A DNA stretch of 64,000 bases from Octopus sinensis (lineage: Eukaryota). The stretch lies in contig NC_043002.1 in NCBI RefSeq assembly GCF_006345805.1, positions 47,306,001-47,370,000 on the forward strand. The letters run 5' to 3'. The translations under genes and the position numbers were made by a program. Position 1 is the first letter of the stretch; every line of letters starts with the position of its first letter. The notes under the pieces are model-generated. The model worked only from the letters and a program-made list of their open reading frames with translations. It was not told the DNA's origin and searched no databases. Shown piece by piece: positions 29,257 to 44,108 of the stretch.

Positions 29257-30270
29257 TATATGTATACATATATATGCATACATATGTATATGTATATATG
29301 TGTGTGTGTGTATGTATATGTATATATATGCTCACCTTATAGTAGGCATGTATCTAAATTTTGTACGACTCTTACTCTATTTTTTAGTCCCACTCATACT
29401 TTCTTCCTCTTTTCTTTTTCTTGCTCCCCCTCTCTCTCACACATTTCTTGGCACTCTCTTTCTTTAACTCCCACTATTTCCCACTCGTTTATCTCCCCTG
29501 TACCTTTCCCTTTTTCTCTGATTTTTTTCTAATCCTTCAATCCTGCTACCCCAACCTCTCTCTCCTCCTTCCACGTGACCGGTGTCCGACCAGCTATGAT
29601 CTTTCTTCTTTGGTCTGACTGCCGACCGTCAGCACCTCTTATGTCCATCTCCTATGTTCCTGCCTTTAGGCTTTCACTTCATACACGCAAGCTCAATTTG
29701 ATTCGTTCTCAGTCGAAAGACACCTGCTGTTTCTTTTTGTAATTGTGTACCGTGATCTCCGTTTTTGTCTTAGTTGCCGTACACGTTCGATAGATTTCTT
29801 ACAAAAAATTTAATGCTCTTATCTTAGTCTTTTTGGGGAGCAACCAGATCGGACTGTCTCAAGTGTAACTGCTTGAAACAGTAAGGACTTCTGGTAAACT
29901 TGACTGAAGAAAGAAGGCCACGAATAACCCGTCTTTTTTCCTGTCCTTCTGATTGTTGTTTCTCCAGTCTGCCTTTGCATCGTCTATCTGTCCGAATGTT
30001 TTATTGTCCTCTATTGCATTTTTGTTCTATATATATATATATATATATATACATACGAGAGAAGGTTTGAAAATGCAATTTAAAAGATGTTTATTATATA
30101 TATATATATGTTTATTATATATATATATATATATGTTTATTATATATATATATATATATATATAGACCGGAGTAAACACATAAATGTGAAACAAGGTGGA
30201 AAAAAGAGTACTCAAATACCAGTGGTAGAGTAATATGCTTTATTTTAAGCAGCAGAAAATTCAACAAAAT

Positions 30271-30308
30271 CTGTTACTCTGAGTTTCTCGTTGCCGTTCA
30301 TCAGACAG
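30271..30308 (-). ncRNA. Minimal hammerhead ribozyme in PLE pLTR
   Basis: CTGT-CTGATGA-A-CG[GCAA]CG-A-GAAA-CTC-A-GAG-TA^ACAG. Confidence 0.75.
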
Positions 30309-31530
30309 TTCTTGCTAGAATGGAACATATATATTAATTCAATCTATACTCTTACAAACGCTACACCTTTAAAAAGAAATGGACTTGTTTGATTGGCCTT
30401 TAGAAAAAACGGTCAATCTTCGAGCGATAAACAAAAAGGTCAAAAATATATGTATATATATATAAAAACTTATAAAAATTATAAAATCCGAGGAAAATAC
30501 CGAGGAAAAAACCTGTTGCCGTTAATGAAGACAGTACAATTAATGCATAGAAATTAAACCTGTTATAAATACTGCCAATACATATTTATATTAAAATCCA
30601 CATATATATATCAACATACACAAAAGGATGCGCGTAAACGCCATACATACATATACAGACGTATGAATATGAATCTAAATTATACACATAAAAGCATGTG
30701 TACATATATTCACGCAAAACGTCTCGCACGCAAGCTAAAATTCATCTATGTAGCAATTCTCATATACTGAGCAAGGAGGGGGAACGAAAGAAAGGGAAAG
30801 AGAGAAAAAGGAACGAAGGAGGGGTGGGGAAAAAATTGGTGTGAAAATGCATTTGTAGCGATGTTATTTGGCATCTATAGAGGCCAGTATACATACACAA
30901 GTTTGAATCGATACATATACATACCGTCGTGTGTATGCGTGCTTAAGCACAAGCATACTTTCACTTACACATACACAGATACGTATGCTTACAAATACAT
31001 ATGCTTTGCTATACACAAACTTATATAAACATTCTAAATTTGACAACATTGCTTTTTTTATATAAAAAAACATTGCTTTTAAAATTCGGTGCATTAATAA
31101 AAATATATACGAAAGACCTATAAAATAAAATATAACATCCTATTTTGGGTCATTTATAAATAATCAAGGTATATAAATAATCAAGGTAATCTTATGCAAT
31201 ACAATAACATGAAAACAAAGTTTGTAGGTTTTTCCTAATATATATGTAGAAACAATAAGACTTTGCTATAGGTCCGTTGCAGCGCTCAGAGTCAAAATCA
31301 AAATCAAAAAATCAAAATACAAAATATATACTCTATCCATATGGTATATTTATATTCGACATTTTAAATTAGCCTTGTGCCTACATAAGTTCATTAATTC
31401 ACTTCTTTGATTCAAAGAATTATTGTCTTTGAATAATATATGCATTTTTTCTAATAAGCAAAGCTGCACTTGAAATTATATTTGTAAGCTCCATGCCTGT
31501 ATGGTGCCGCCCTGTCCAGAATGCTCCATG

Positions 31531-32135
31531 TCACGTTGAAAGGTGGGGCTTCCTTTCTTTTAGTTCCCAGACATATTTTGCTAGGCTGGTTTTCTTTCTA
31601 TTCTCTGGGTATTTAAAAGAATTCTTATGAGAATAAAATCTTGTTTTAAATGAATTTTCTGAAGCCCCTGTGTATGTCTTGTATTCTGATGAGCCTTCCA
31701 CTTGCACCTTGGCTCTATAAACTACTCCTTTCACTAGACATTTCCCTTCTAACGGACAGGAGCTTTCGTTTTTGCAATTACATTTCTTAATGGGCTCGGC
31801 ACCATGTCTAATCTCAATTAGCTTCCTATTATGTTGGCTAATGTAAGAGGCGAAATTTCTGCAACAAGAATAGCTAACCTTCAGGGTTCTTCTATTAAAT
31901 ATTCTGTAGAATTTATGACCCTGCCTAAAATGCTTAGAGACTAATCTCAAAAATTCCTTACCTATATTAGTCTTTACGGCCAAATTGAAAGCCGGGTTGA
32001 ACCACAAAACTTTCCTAGTCCTAGTTCTTCGTGCAGCATTATTATTAGCATTAAGCTGGTTGAACTGGATCTTCTCCGAGAATCCACTATTCTTTAATGC
32101 GCTATCGTAATAAGGTGCAGCATTATGGAATGCTG
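31531..32135 (-). pseudogene. PLE RT-thumb/linker plus GIY-YIG endonuclease fragment (arm 1)
   Basis: WFNPAF, CNCKNESSC linker, and GVVY..YTG..FKTRF..H (GIY-YIG). Confidence 0.85.
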
Positions 32136-32136
32136 G

Positions 32137-32939
32137 CAGCATTCCATAATGCTGCACCTTATTACGATAGCGCATTAAAGAATAGTGGATTCTCGGAGAA
32201 GATCCAGTTCAACCAGCTTAATGCTAATAATAATGCTGCACGAAGAACTAGGACTAGGAAAGTTTTGTGGTTCAACCCGGCTTTCAATTTGGCCGTAAAG
32301 ACTAATATAGGTAAGGAATTTTTGAGATTAGTCTCTAAGCATTTTAGGCAGGTCATAAATTCTACAGAATATTTAATAGAAGAACCCTGAAGGTTAGCTA
32401 TTCTTGTTGCAGAAATTTCGCCTCTTACATTAGCCACATAATAGGAAGCTAATTGAGATTAGACATGGTGCCGAGCCCATTAAGAAATGTAATTGCAAAA
32501 ACGAAAGCTCCTGTCCGTTAGAAGGGAAATGTCTAGTGAAAGGAGTAGTTTATAGAGCCAAGGTGCAAGTGGAAGGCTCATCAGAATACAAGACATACAC
32601 AGGGGCTTCAGAAAATTCATTTAAAACAAGATTTTATTCTCATAAGAATTCTTTTAAATACCCAGAGAATAGAAAGAAAACCAGCCTAGCAAAATATGTC
32701 TGGGAACTAAAAGAAAAGGAAGCCCCACCTTTCAACGTGACATGGAGCATTCTGGACAGGGCGGCACCATACAGGCATGGAGCTTACAAATATAATTTCA
32801 AGTGCAAGCTTTGCTTATTAGAAAAATGCATATATTATTCAAAGACAATAATTCTTTGAATCAAAGAAGTGAATTAATGAACTTATGTAGGCACAAGGCT
32901 AAATTTAAAATGTCGAATATAAATATACCATATGGATAG
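32137..32939 (+). pseudogene. PLE GIY-YIG endonuclease fragment (arm 2, single-base indels)
   Basis: Same protein as arm 1, split across ORFs 32097 and 32536. C-terminal CKLC..LNQRSEL..CRHK. Confidence 0.85.
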
Positions 32940-33949
32940 AGTATATATTTTGTATTTTGATTTTTGATTTTGATTTTGACTCTTGAGCGCTGCAACGGAC
33001 CTATAGCAAAGTCTTATTGTTTCTACATATATATTAGGAAAAACCTACAAACTTTGTTTTCATGTTATTGTATTGCATAAGATTACCTTGATTATTTATA
33101 TTACCTTGATTATTTATAAATGACCCAAAATAGGATGTTATATTTTATTTTATAGGTCTTTCGTATATATTTTTATTAATGCACCGAATTTTTAAAAGCA
33201 AGTTTTTTTATATAAAAAAAGCAATGTTGTCAAATTTAGAATGTTTATATAAGTTTGTGTATAGCAAAGCATATGTATTTGTAAGCATACGTATCTGTGT
33301 ATGTGTAAGTGAAAGTATGCTTGTGCTTAAGCACGCATACACACGACGGTATGTATATGTATCGATTCAAACTTGTGTATGTATACTGGCCTCTATAGAT
33401 GCCAAATAACATCGCTACAAATTTTTTTCCCCACCCCTCCTTCGTTCCTTTTTCTCTCTTTCCCTTTCTTTCGTTCCCCCTCCTTGCTCAGTATATGAGA
33501 ATTGCTACATAGATGAATTTTAGCTTGCGTGCGAGACGTTTTGCGTGAATATATGTACACATGCTTTTATGTGTATAATTTAGATTCATATTCATACGTC
33601 TGTATATGTATGTATGGCGTTTACGCGCATCCTTTTGTGTATGTTGATATATATATGTGGATTTTAATATAAATATGTATTGCAGTATTTATAACAGGTT
33701 TAATTTCTATGCATTAATTTGTACTGTCTTCATTAACGGCAACAGGTTTTTTCCTCGGTATTTTCCTCGGATTTTATAATTTTTATAAGTTTTTATTATA
33801 TATATATATATATATGTTTATTATATATATATATATATATATATAGACGGAGTAAACACATAATGTGAAACAAGGTGGAAAAAAGAGTACTCAAATACCA
33901 GTGGTAGAGTAATATGCTTTATTTTAAGCAGCAGAAAATTCAACAAAAT

Positions 33950-33987
33950 CTGTTACTCTGAGTTTCTCGTTGCCGTTCATCAGACAG
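33950..33987 (-). ncRNA. Minimal hammerhead ribozyme in PLE pLTR (copy 2)
   Basis: Identical motif to 30271-30308. Confidence 0.75.
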
Positions 33988-35197
33988 TTCTTGCTAGAAT
34001 GGAACATATATATTAATTCAATCTATACTCTTACAAACGCTACACCTTTAAAAAGAAATGGACTTGTTTGATTGGCCCTTTAGAAAAAACGGTCAATCTT
34101 CGAGCGATAAACAAAAAGGTCAAAAATATATGTATATATATATAAAAACTTATAAAAATTATAAAATCCGAGGAAAATACCGAGGAAAAAACCTGTTGCC
34201 GTTAATGAAGACAGTACAATTAATGCATAGAAATTAAACCTGTTATAAATACTGCAATACATATTTATATTAAAATCCACATATATATATCAACATACAC
34301 AAAAGGATGCGCGTAAACGCCATACATACATATACAGACGTATGAATATGAATCTAAATTATACACATAAAAGCATGTGTACATATATTCACGCAAAACG
34401 TCTCGCACGCAAGCTAAAATTCATCTATGTAGCAATTCTCATATACTGAGCAAGGAGGGGGAACGAAAGAAAGGGAAAGAGAGAAAAAGGAACGAAGGAG
34501 GGGTGGGGAAAAAAATTTGTAGCGATGTTATTTGGCATCTATAGAGGCCAGTATACATACACAAGTTTGAATCGATACATATACATACCGTCGTGTGTAT
34601 GCGTGCTTAAGCACAAGCATACTTTCACTTACACATACACAGATACGTATGCTTACAAATACATATGCTTTGCTATACACAAACTTATATAAACATTCTA
34701 AATTTGACAACATTGCTTTTTTTATATAAAAAAACATTGCTTTTAAAATTCGGTGCATTAATAAAAATATATACGAAAGACCTATAAAATAAAATATAAC
34801 ATCCTATTTTGGGTCATTTATAAATAATCAAGGTAATATAAATAATCAAGGTAATCTTATGCAATACAATAACATGAAAACAAAGTTTGTAGGTTTTTCC
34901 TAATATATATGTAGAAACAATAAGACTTTGCTATAGGTCCGTTGCAGCGCTCAAGAGTCAAAATCAAAATCAAAAAATCAAAATACAAAATATATACTCT
35001 ATCCATATGGTATATTTATATTCGACATTTTAAATTTAGCCTTGTGCCTACATAAGTTCATTAATTCACTTCTTTGATTCAAAGAATATTGTCTTTGAAT
35101 AATATATGCATTTTTTCTAATAAGCAAAGCTTGCACTTGAAATTATATTTGTAAGCTCCATGCCTGTATGGTGCCGCCCTGTCCAGAATGCTCCATG

Positions 35198-35802
35198 TCA
35201 CGTTGAAAGGTGGGGCTTCCTTTCTTTTAGTTCCCAGACATATTTTGCTAGGCTGGTTTTCTTTCTATTCTCTGGGTATTTAAAAGAATTCTTATGAGAA
35301 TAAAATCTTGTTTTAAATGAATTTTCTGAAGCCCCTGTGTATGTCTTGTATTCTGATGAGCCTTCCACTTGCACCTTGGCTCTATAAACTACTCCTTTCA
35401 CTAGACATTTCCCTTCTAACGGACAGGAGCTTTCGTTTTTGCAATTACATTTCTTAATGGGCTCGGCACCATGTCTAATCTCAATTAGCTTCCTATTATG
35501 TTGGCTAATGTAAGAGGCGAAATTTCTGCAACAAGAATAGCTAACCTTCAGGGTTCTTCTATTAAATATTCTGTAGAATTTATGACCCTGCCTAAAATGC
35601 TTAGAGACTAATCTCAAAAATTCCTTACCTATATTAGTCTTTACGGCCAAATTGAAAGCCGGGTTGAACCACAAAACTTTCCTAGTCCTAGTTCTTCGTG
35701 CAGCATTATTATTAGCATTAAGCTGGTTGAACTGGATCTTCTCCGAGAATCCACTATTCTTTAATGCGCTATCGTAATAAGGTGCAGCATTATGGAATGC
35801 TG
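35198..35802 (-). pseudogene. PLE GIY-YIG fragment (arm 3)
   Basis: ORF translation identical to arm 1. Confidence 0.85.
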
Positions 35803-35803
35803 G

Positions 35804-36609
35804 CAGCATTCCATAATGCTGCACCTTATTACGATAGCGCAATTAAAGAATAGTGGATTCTCGGAGAAGATCCAGTTCAACCAGCTTAATGCTAATAATA
35901 ATGCTGCACGAAGAACTAGGACTAGGAAAGTTTTGTGGTTCAACCCGGCTTTCAATTTGGCCGTAAAGACTAATATAGGTAAGGAATTTTTGAGATTAGT
36001 CTCTAAGCATTTTAGGCAGGGTCATAAATTCTACAGAATATTTAATAGAAGAACCCTGAAGGTTAGCTATTCTTGTTGCAGAAATTTCGCCTCTTACATT
36101 AGCCAACATAATAGGAAGCTAATTGAGATTAGACATGGTGCCGAGCCCATTAAGAAATGTAATTGCAAAAACGAAAGCTCCTGTCCGTTAGAAGGGAAAT
36201 GTCTAGTGAAAGGAGTAGTTTATAGAGCCAAGGTGCAAGTGGAAGGCTCATCAGAATACAAGACATACACAGGGGCTTCAGAAAATTCATTTAAAACAAG
36301 ATTTTATTCTCATAAGAATTCTTTTAAATACCCAGAGAATAGAAAGAAAACCAGCCTAGCAAAATATGTCTGGGAACTAAAAGAAAAGGAAGCCCCACCT
36401 TTCAACGTGACATGGAGCATTCTGGACAGGGCGGCACCATACAGGCATGGAGCTTACAAATATAATTTCAAGTGCAAGCTTTGCTTATTAGAAAAATGCA
36501 TATATTATTCAAAGACAATAATTCTTTGAATCAAAGAAGTGAATTAATGAACTTATGTAGGCACAAGGCTAAATTTAAAATGTCGAATATAAATATACCA
36601 TATGGATAG
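35804..36609 (+). pseudogene. PLE GIY-YIG fragment (arm 4)
   Basis: ORF 35792-36529 with WFNPAF, CNC-X5-C, GVVY..YTG and CKLC. The C-terminus continues in another frame. Confidence 0.85.
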
Positions 36610-37621
36610 AGTATATATTTTGTATTTTGATTTTTGATTTTGATTTTGACTCTTGAGCGCTGCAACGGACCTATAGCAAAGTCTTATTGTTTCTACATAT
36701 ATATTAGGAAAAACCTACAAACTTTGTTTTCATGTTATTGTATTGCATAAGATTACCTTGATTATTTATATTACCTTGATTATTTATAAATGACCCAAAA
36801 TAGGATGTTATATTTTATTTTATAGGTCTTTCGTATATATTTTTATTAATGCACCGAATTTTTAAAAGCAATGTTTTTTTATATAAAAAAAGCAATGTTG
36901 TCAAATTTAGAATGTTTATATAAGTTTGTGTATAGCAAAGCATATGTATTTGTAAGCATACGTATCTGTGTATGTGTAAGTGAAAGTATGCTTGTGCTTA
37001 AGCACGCATACACACGACGGTATGTATATGTATCGATTCAAACTTGTGTATGTATACTGGCCTCTATAGATGCCAAATAACATCGCTACAAATTTTTTTC
37101 CCCACCCCTCCTTCGTTCCTTTTTCTCTCTTTCCCTTTCTTTCGTTCCCCCTCCTTGCTCAGTATATGAGAATTGCTACATAGATGAATTTTAGCTTGCG
37201 TGCGAGACGTTTTGCGTGAATATATGTACACATGCTTTTATGTGTATAATTTAGATTCATATTCATACGTCTGTATATGTATGTATGGCGTTTACGCGCA
37301 TCCTTTTGTGTATGTTGATATATATATGTGGATTTTAATATAAATATGTATTGCAGTATTTATAACAGGTTTAATTTCTATGCATTAATTTGTACTGTCT
37401 TCATTAACGGCAACAGGTTTTTTCCTCGGTATTTTCCTCGGATTTTATAATTTTTATAAGTTTTTATATATATATACATATATTTTTGACCTTTTTGTTT
37501 ATCGCTCGAAGATTGACCGTTTTTTCTAAAGGGCCAATCAAACAAGTCCATTTCTTTTTAAAGGTGTAGCGTTTGTAAGAGTATAGATTGAATTAATATA
37601 TATGTTCCATTCTAGCAAGAA

Positions 37622-37659
37622 CTGTCTGATGAACGGCAACGAGAAACTCAGAGTAACAG
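37622..37659 (+). ncRNA. Minimal hammerhead ribozyme in PLE pLTR (copy 3)
   Basis: ctgt ctgatga acggcaacga gaaa ctcagag ta acag. Confidence 0.75.
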
Positions 37660-37691
37660 ATTTTGTTGAATTTTCTGCTGCTTAAAATAAA

Positions 37692-37762
<71 letters not shown>

Positions 37763-38675
37763 AAGTAAAGTCTAATTTCCAACGTAAAGTGGCAGTCCTG
37801 ATTTGGACAGTGTTACTACCTTTTTTAGCCTCGGGAGGGGACAGAAAGGTTCCTAGTTTTAAAAGATTGCGAAAAGCCTGACTGGAGGCTCATCCTTCCG
37901 AGTTCTTTTACAGGGTTGAGAAAAGCTGAAAGACCACTTCAATAAATGCGTGAATCTGGGAGGAGAATATGTTGAATAATCACCTCCACTTGATTTTCTT
38001 TTACCCAAAACCAGGAACTTTTCTGCATCCACGCGGATATTTACTTTTGTATACATGTAAATGCTCTTGAATTTGTATGTGTACAACATAGGTTTATGTA
38101 AATGAAGTTTATGTAAATTGATGACCAAACATTTTTGCGCGCTAATAAACTTTATTGCACGAAAAGATAGCTTAAACTATGCTCTAAATGGAGGTGTAGT
38201 CAAATCCTATGTTATTGACTCAACCATGTTTTAAAATAAGTCGAAAAGTAAGCTACTATAAATCGGCACGAAATTTCCGGACAACCCAATATTGTAAAAA
38301 GGATTTTAAATGAATTGAAATATACAATCGAAAAATTACAAAGCAAAATTTGAACGATTAAAAAATTATTACTTAAAAACCAACGAAAATAAAATAAAAT
38401 AAATAATTAAAAAATTAATAATGAAAAATTGAATCTAAAAGCAATGAAAAATAAATTTAAATTAAATCGAAATTTCCCGTAACACATTAAAAGAAACCAC
38501 GCACTCATGAATAATGCACACACGCATACGCCCACACACATTGCATACACATATATGTATACACACATGCATATATATTTGCACTTATACATACATTTAT
38601 ACGCTTACACATAATTATGTTTACGCTCACCTTCCCATATATATATATATATCATAAACTCCTATATATATATAT

Positions 38676-38731
<56 letters not shown>

Positions 38732-39242
38732 ATATTATATATATTATATATATATATATGTGGGTGGGGTCTACTCCTAAGTAAAGATTAAAATGAAAAT
38801 GAAAAATAAAAAATGAAAAATATATAAGAGCATGTAAAAATATATATAAAGGATCACAATATACGAGGAGGCGGGCAGGTAGCAAAGACTTCATTTTTAG
38901 CATTTAAACATGTAGTGGAGTCCAATGAGTTCCGTCGTTGGGGTGGCACATTTCTGTACTGCAGATCTCGCAATTTCTGCTCCGTTGGCATAAGTTTTGT
39001 CCTTTGCCAAGATTTTCCAGTAGATGGTGTGATGTGATGTTTTTCTCTTTCAAGTTCTGTATGTAGTACAGAGGCTTGTTCTCCGTTTGCTTCACAGTCA
39101 ATATTTCTCTCTCTCTATCTATCTCTTTCTCATACACACAAACACACACACATACGTACATATTGCATACGTATGTGTATGTTGAATATATATGTATATT
39201 ATATATAATATAGTATATATATATATATACTATATATATATA

Positions 39243-40724
<1,482 letters not shown>

Positions 40725-40810
40725 TATTAGAGACAAAACCACTATTTGCAAAACAAACAAGGAAAGACTTAATCAATACATAAAATTTTAATAAATAGTC
40801 AAAAAAACCG

Positions 40811-40853
40811 CCACTACAATCGTTTCTTGTCTTGATCGACAATCTTCAGGTGG
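40811..40853 (-). ncRNA. Minimal type I hammerhead ribozyme (left arm)
   Basis: Mirror copy of 40899-40941. Confidence 0.85.
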
Positions 40854-40898
40854 ACTTCCAATAATTCAGTGTCAAATTGACACTGAATTATTGGAAGT

Positions 40899-40941
40899 CC
40901 ACCTGAAGATTGTCGATCAAGACAAGAAACGATTGTAGTGG
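40899..40941 (+). ncRNA. Minimal type I hammerhead ribozyme (right arm)
   Basis: CCAC-CTGAAGA-TTGTC[GATCAA]GACAA-GAAA-CGATTG-TA^GTGG. Canonical core, quasi-palindromic stem III. Confidence 0.85.
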
Positions 40942-41130
40942 CGGTTTTTTTTGACTATTTATTAAAATTTTATGTATTGATTAAGTCTTTCCTTGTTTGT
41001 TTTGTAAAATAGTGGTTTTGTCTCTAATAATATTTTATAATATTTTACTATAAAATCGATTTAATCCTAAATCTGATTTTTTTATCCCTGTAAATTTGGA
41101 TTTATTCCCTAATATTTATTATATATATAT

Positions 41131-41212
<82 letters not shown>

Positions 41213-41217
41213 GTGTA

Positions 41218-41325
<108 letters not shown>

Positions 41326-41389
41326 AATGCATGCTTGTGTATATGCATATGTATGTAATGTATAAATATATACATAATTTTTTTATCTT

Positions 41390-41817
41390 TTACCTGTTTG
41401 TCATTAGACTGCGACCAAGCTGGGGAATGCACCACCTTGAAAATATTTTAGTTTGATGAATCGTTCCCAGTACTTATATTTTGTTAAGCCTGACAATTAT
41501 GCTATCTTTTGCCGAACCGCTCAGTTATTTGTCAAGGTTAACCGCTCGTTAACTGTCAAGCCCTAGTAAAAGATAAAGAATCATGAAGACACGCACATAC
41601 ACGCGCACACACGCGCACACACACACGCACACACACACGCACACACACACACACGACTGCTTTCTTTTAGTTTCCGTCTACACGATCGCCTCACAAGGGT
41701 TTGGTAGGCCTAGCCCAAGCCTATAGTCGAAGACACTTGTCCAAGGTGCCACGCATTGGCACTGAACCTTGAACCATGTAGCTGTGAAGCAAGCTCCTAA
41801 CCACACAGCCACGCCTG
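41390..41817 (-). mobile_element. tRNA-derived SINE (family C)
   Basis: Reverse-complement homologue of 25418-25825. Confidence 0.75.
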
Positions 41818-41832
41818 TGATATATCTATATC

Positions 41833-41874
<42 letters not shown>

Positions 41875-42057
41875 TAATATATTATTATTAATATTAGGAA
41901 ATCAATATCAAAACTCCTCAGAAAGATATACACGTCTGAAAAATAGTTGTTGTATTAAAAATATATAAATAAATATAAATATGTATAAAAATATATGTAT
42001 AAGTATAAATATATAATGTATATAACAGTTTAAAAGTTTTGAATTAATTATTTAAAG

Positions 42058-42150
42058 CATATTACGATCGTTTCACAGAAGAGTTGTCCCTATAACGAAA
42101 TCCTATATTGATAAGCATTTATAGACAACACCTCTACTCTTCAGAGATAT
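42058..42150 (-). ncRNA. Type I hammerhead ribozyme with 63-nt stem II
   Basis: Minus strand: TATCT-CTGAAGA-GTAGAGG.GTTGTC.TATAA..TTATA.GACAAC.CTTCTGT-GAAA-CGATCG-TA^ATATG. Stem III ACGATCGT, one mismatch in stem I. Confidence 0.75.
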
Positions 42151-43287
42151 AAAATTTGAATTCTGTATAACATATCGAATGACAGTTTTTTTTAAAATTT
42201 GAGGTAAAACTATAAAATAGTGTTTATTTGAAAGGTAAATTAAAAATTATAAATTACTACTTTTGATGAGAGTCTTTAAATCCATATATACATATTCGGT
42301 TTGTCAAAAGTTACCAGACAGTAAATCAAAATTCCTTGAGTACTATCTGTAATTCGGTATTGACTCGAATAGAGAAAATGTGTCAATCAAGGACTTCAGC
42401 TTGAGCAATTTTTATGACGTTTCATATTTAGATGCTTTTATTAAATTCATTCAATTCTTAAACATAAATATATCTTAAAATTAAATGGTTTTGATGTACT
42501 GACAGGTGAGTTTTGGCCAACCCTGTATATGTGTGTGTGTGTTGCGTGTATATACATATATCTTTAAATCAAGTCATGTTTCTTAAGTCTTGTGATACAT
42601 GAGGCTCAATCCAGCAATTAATCTGAAAACTAGCTAAATACTTAACATTAGCTTAGCTCGTTTAGGTCTAAGTTCAAAACCTTTACTTTTAAGGCATTTA
42701 TTATGATCACTTCAATTTCTATCATTCTCTGATGAAAATATAATTAAACCTAAAAAATGTCTGACAACACTCGGAAAACATAAATTTCAAATTTATATAT
42801 TCTGTTATATCCGATTCTACGGACAATGAAATATATAATAGAATAGTTACTAAACTGGGAAGACTGCTGACTAAAGTGTTTCTCTACCCAAGAATTACTA
42901 TGAACAGAAAAGTAAATTATATAATTTGCATTCACTTTTGCATATTAACTAAATACAATACTGCAAGATTATATTAGCGATGTCCTTTCCATCAAAACTG
43001 CAGGACAAATTCTCCAATAAGGATAAATATGTAAAAACAAAAACACGGATATAAGAAGCCTTTTGTGGAAAGGTTTCTTGCATACTATTTTTGACTAACA
43101 CCACTTCTTACCAATTATATTCTATTCAAAATACAACAGCTAGATATCTTAGCGTTTACTACAAAATAGCATCAGGCGTCAGCTAAAACGTCATGCGGAT
43201 AATTATTCAAGAAGTAAAGTGGTGAATGCAGATTTGTTAGCCTGGGTGTGTGCGTATGAGTGTGTATGTCTGTGAGTGACTCTCTCA

Positions 43288-43366
<79 letters not shown>

Positions 43367-43457
43367 TGACATGCACATATTTGAACATATACATATATAT
43401 GTATATATAGGTATACATTTATATACATATATACATGTATATATGTATGTGTGTATG

Positions 43458-43501
<44 letters not shown>

Positions 43502-44022
43502 AATATAAATATACACACACACACTAACACATACATACGAACATATGTCTGTGCTTATTTGTGTGTGTGTGTGTGTGTGAGTTGAGACTTGGAAATTAAA
43601 TAAAATTCAACGTACCTGCAAAAAGCAGAAACGGCGCAAGGAAAACAAAATTCATTCTTGAAATCATCGTTCAACCACGAAACAGCAAGTCTTCCCCCAG
43701 GTACCTTATTTATGTACCTGTATATAATGACGTATCAGTGTATACACTACACCTAAAGCGTATATAGTATTTAAAGCAATTCTTCTCCAAATGCAGCCAA
43801 TGGTGATTACTTGTGAAATGAACGCTCCTCTATGAATATCCTTCTCATAAAATAAATTCAAGCTTTGTTTAATTCAGCACTGCTATGACACAATTGATTT
43901 CCTTGCTTTTTTTTCCGCTTCACTTCATACAGTGTTTGTTTCGTGACTGCATGTTTATTCATGCAAACTACCCTAACTTTACATCCTTTTACACCAGCTG
44001 AATTGTGTGCGCGCGCGCGTGT

Positions 44023-44064
<42 letters not shown>

Positions 44065-44108
44065 ACGCGCAAGTATTTCTTTTTTCTAACCGGTTATATT
44101 TGCAGATC

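Larger units (their letters stand above)
30165..33795. mobile_element. Penelope-like element 3' half as head-to-head palindrome, unit 1 (centre 32136)
   Basis: ...ggaatgctg-g-cagcattcc... Both arms encode, reading outward, a PLE C-terminus followed by a long 3' UTR/pLTR. Confidence 0.9.
33846..37692. mobile_element. Penelope-like element palindrome, unit 2 (centre 35803), tandem copy of unit 1
   Basis: Same centre sequence, 3667 bp downstream of unit 1. Arms ~1.95 and ~1.89 kb. Confidence 0.9.

Noticed and set aside
32097-32175. Apparent N-terminus MRYRNKVQHYGML of the PLE ORFs
   Set aside because: Read-through across the palindrome centre (antisense of the other arm), not a real start.
30864-37080. 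Repeated 69-76 aa ORF (MHRILKAMFF...)
   Set aside because: Lies in the PLE 3' UTR, is low-complexity, and is repeated only because of the palindromes.
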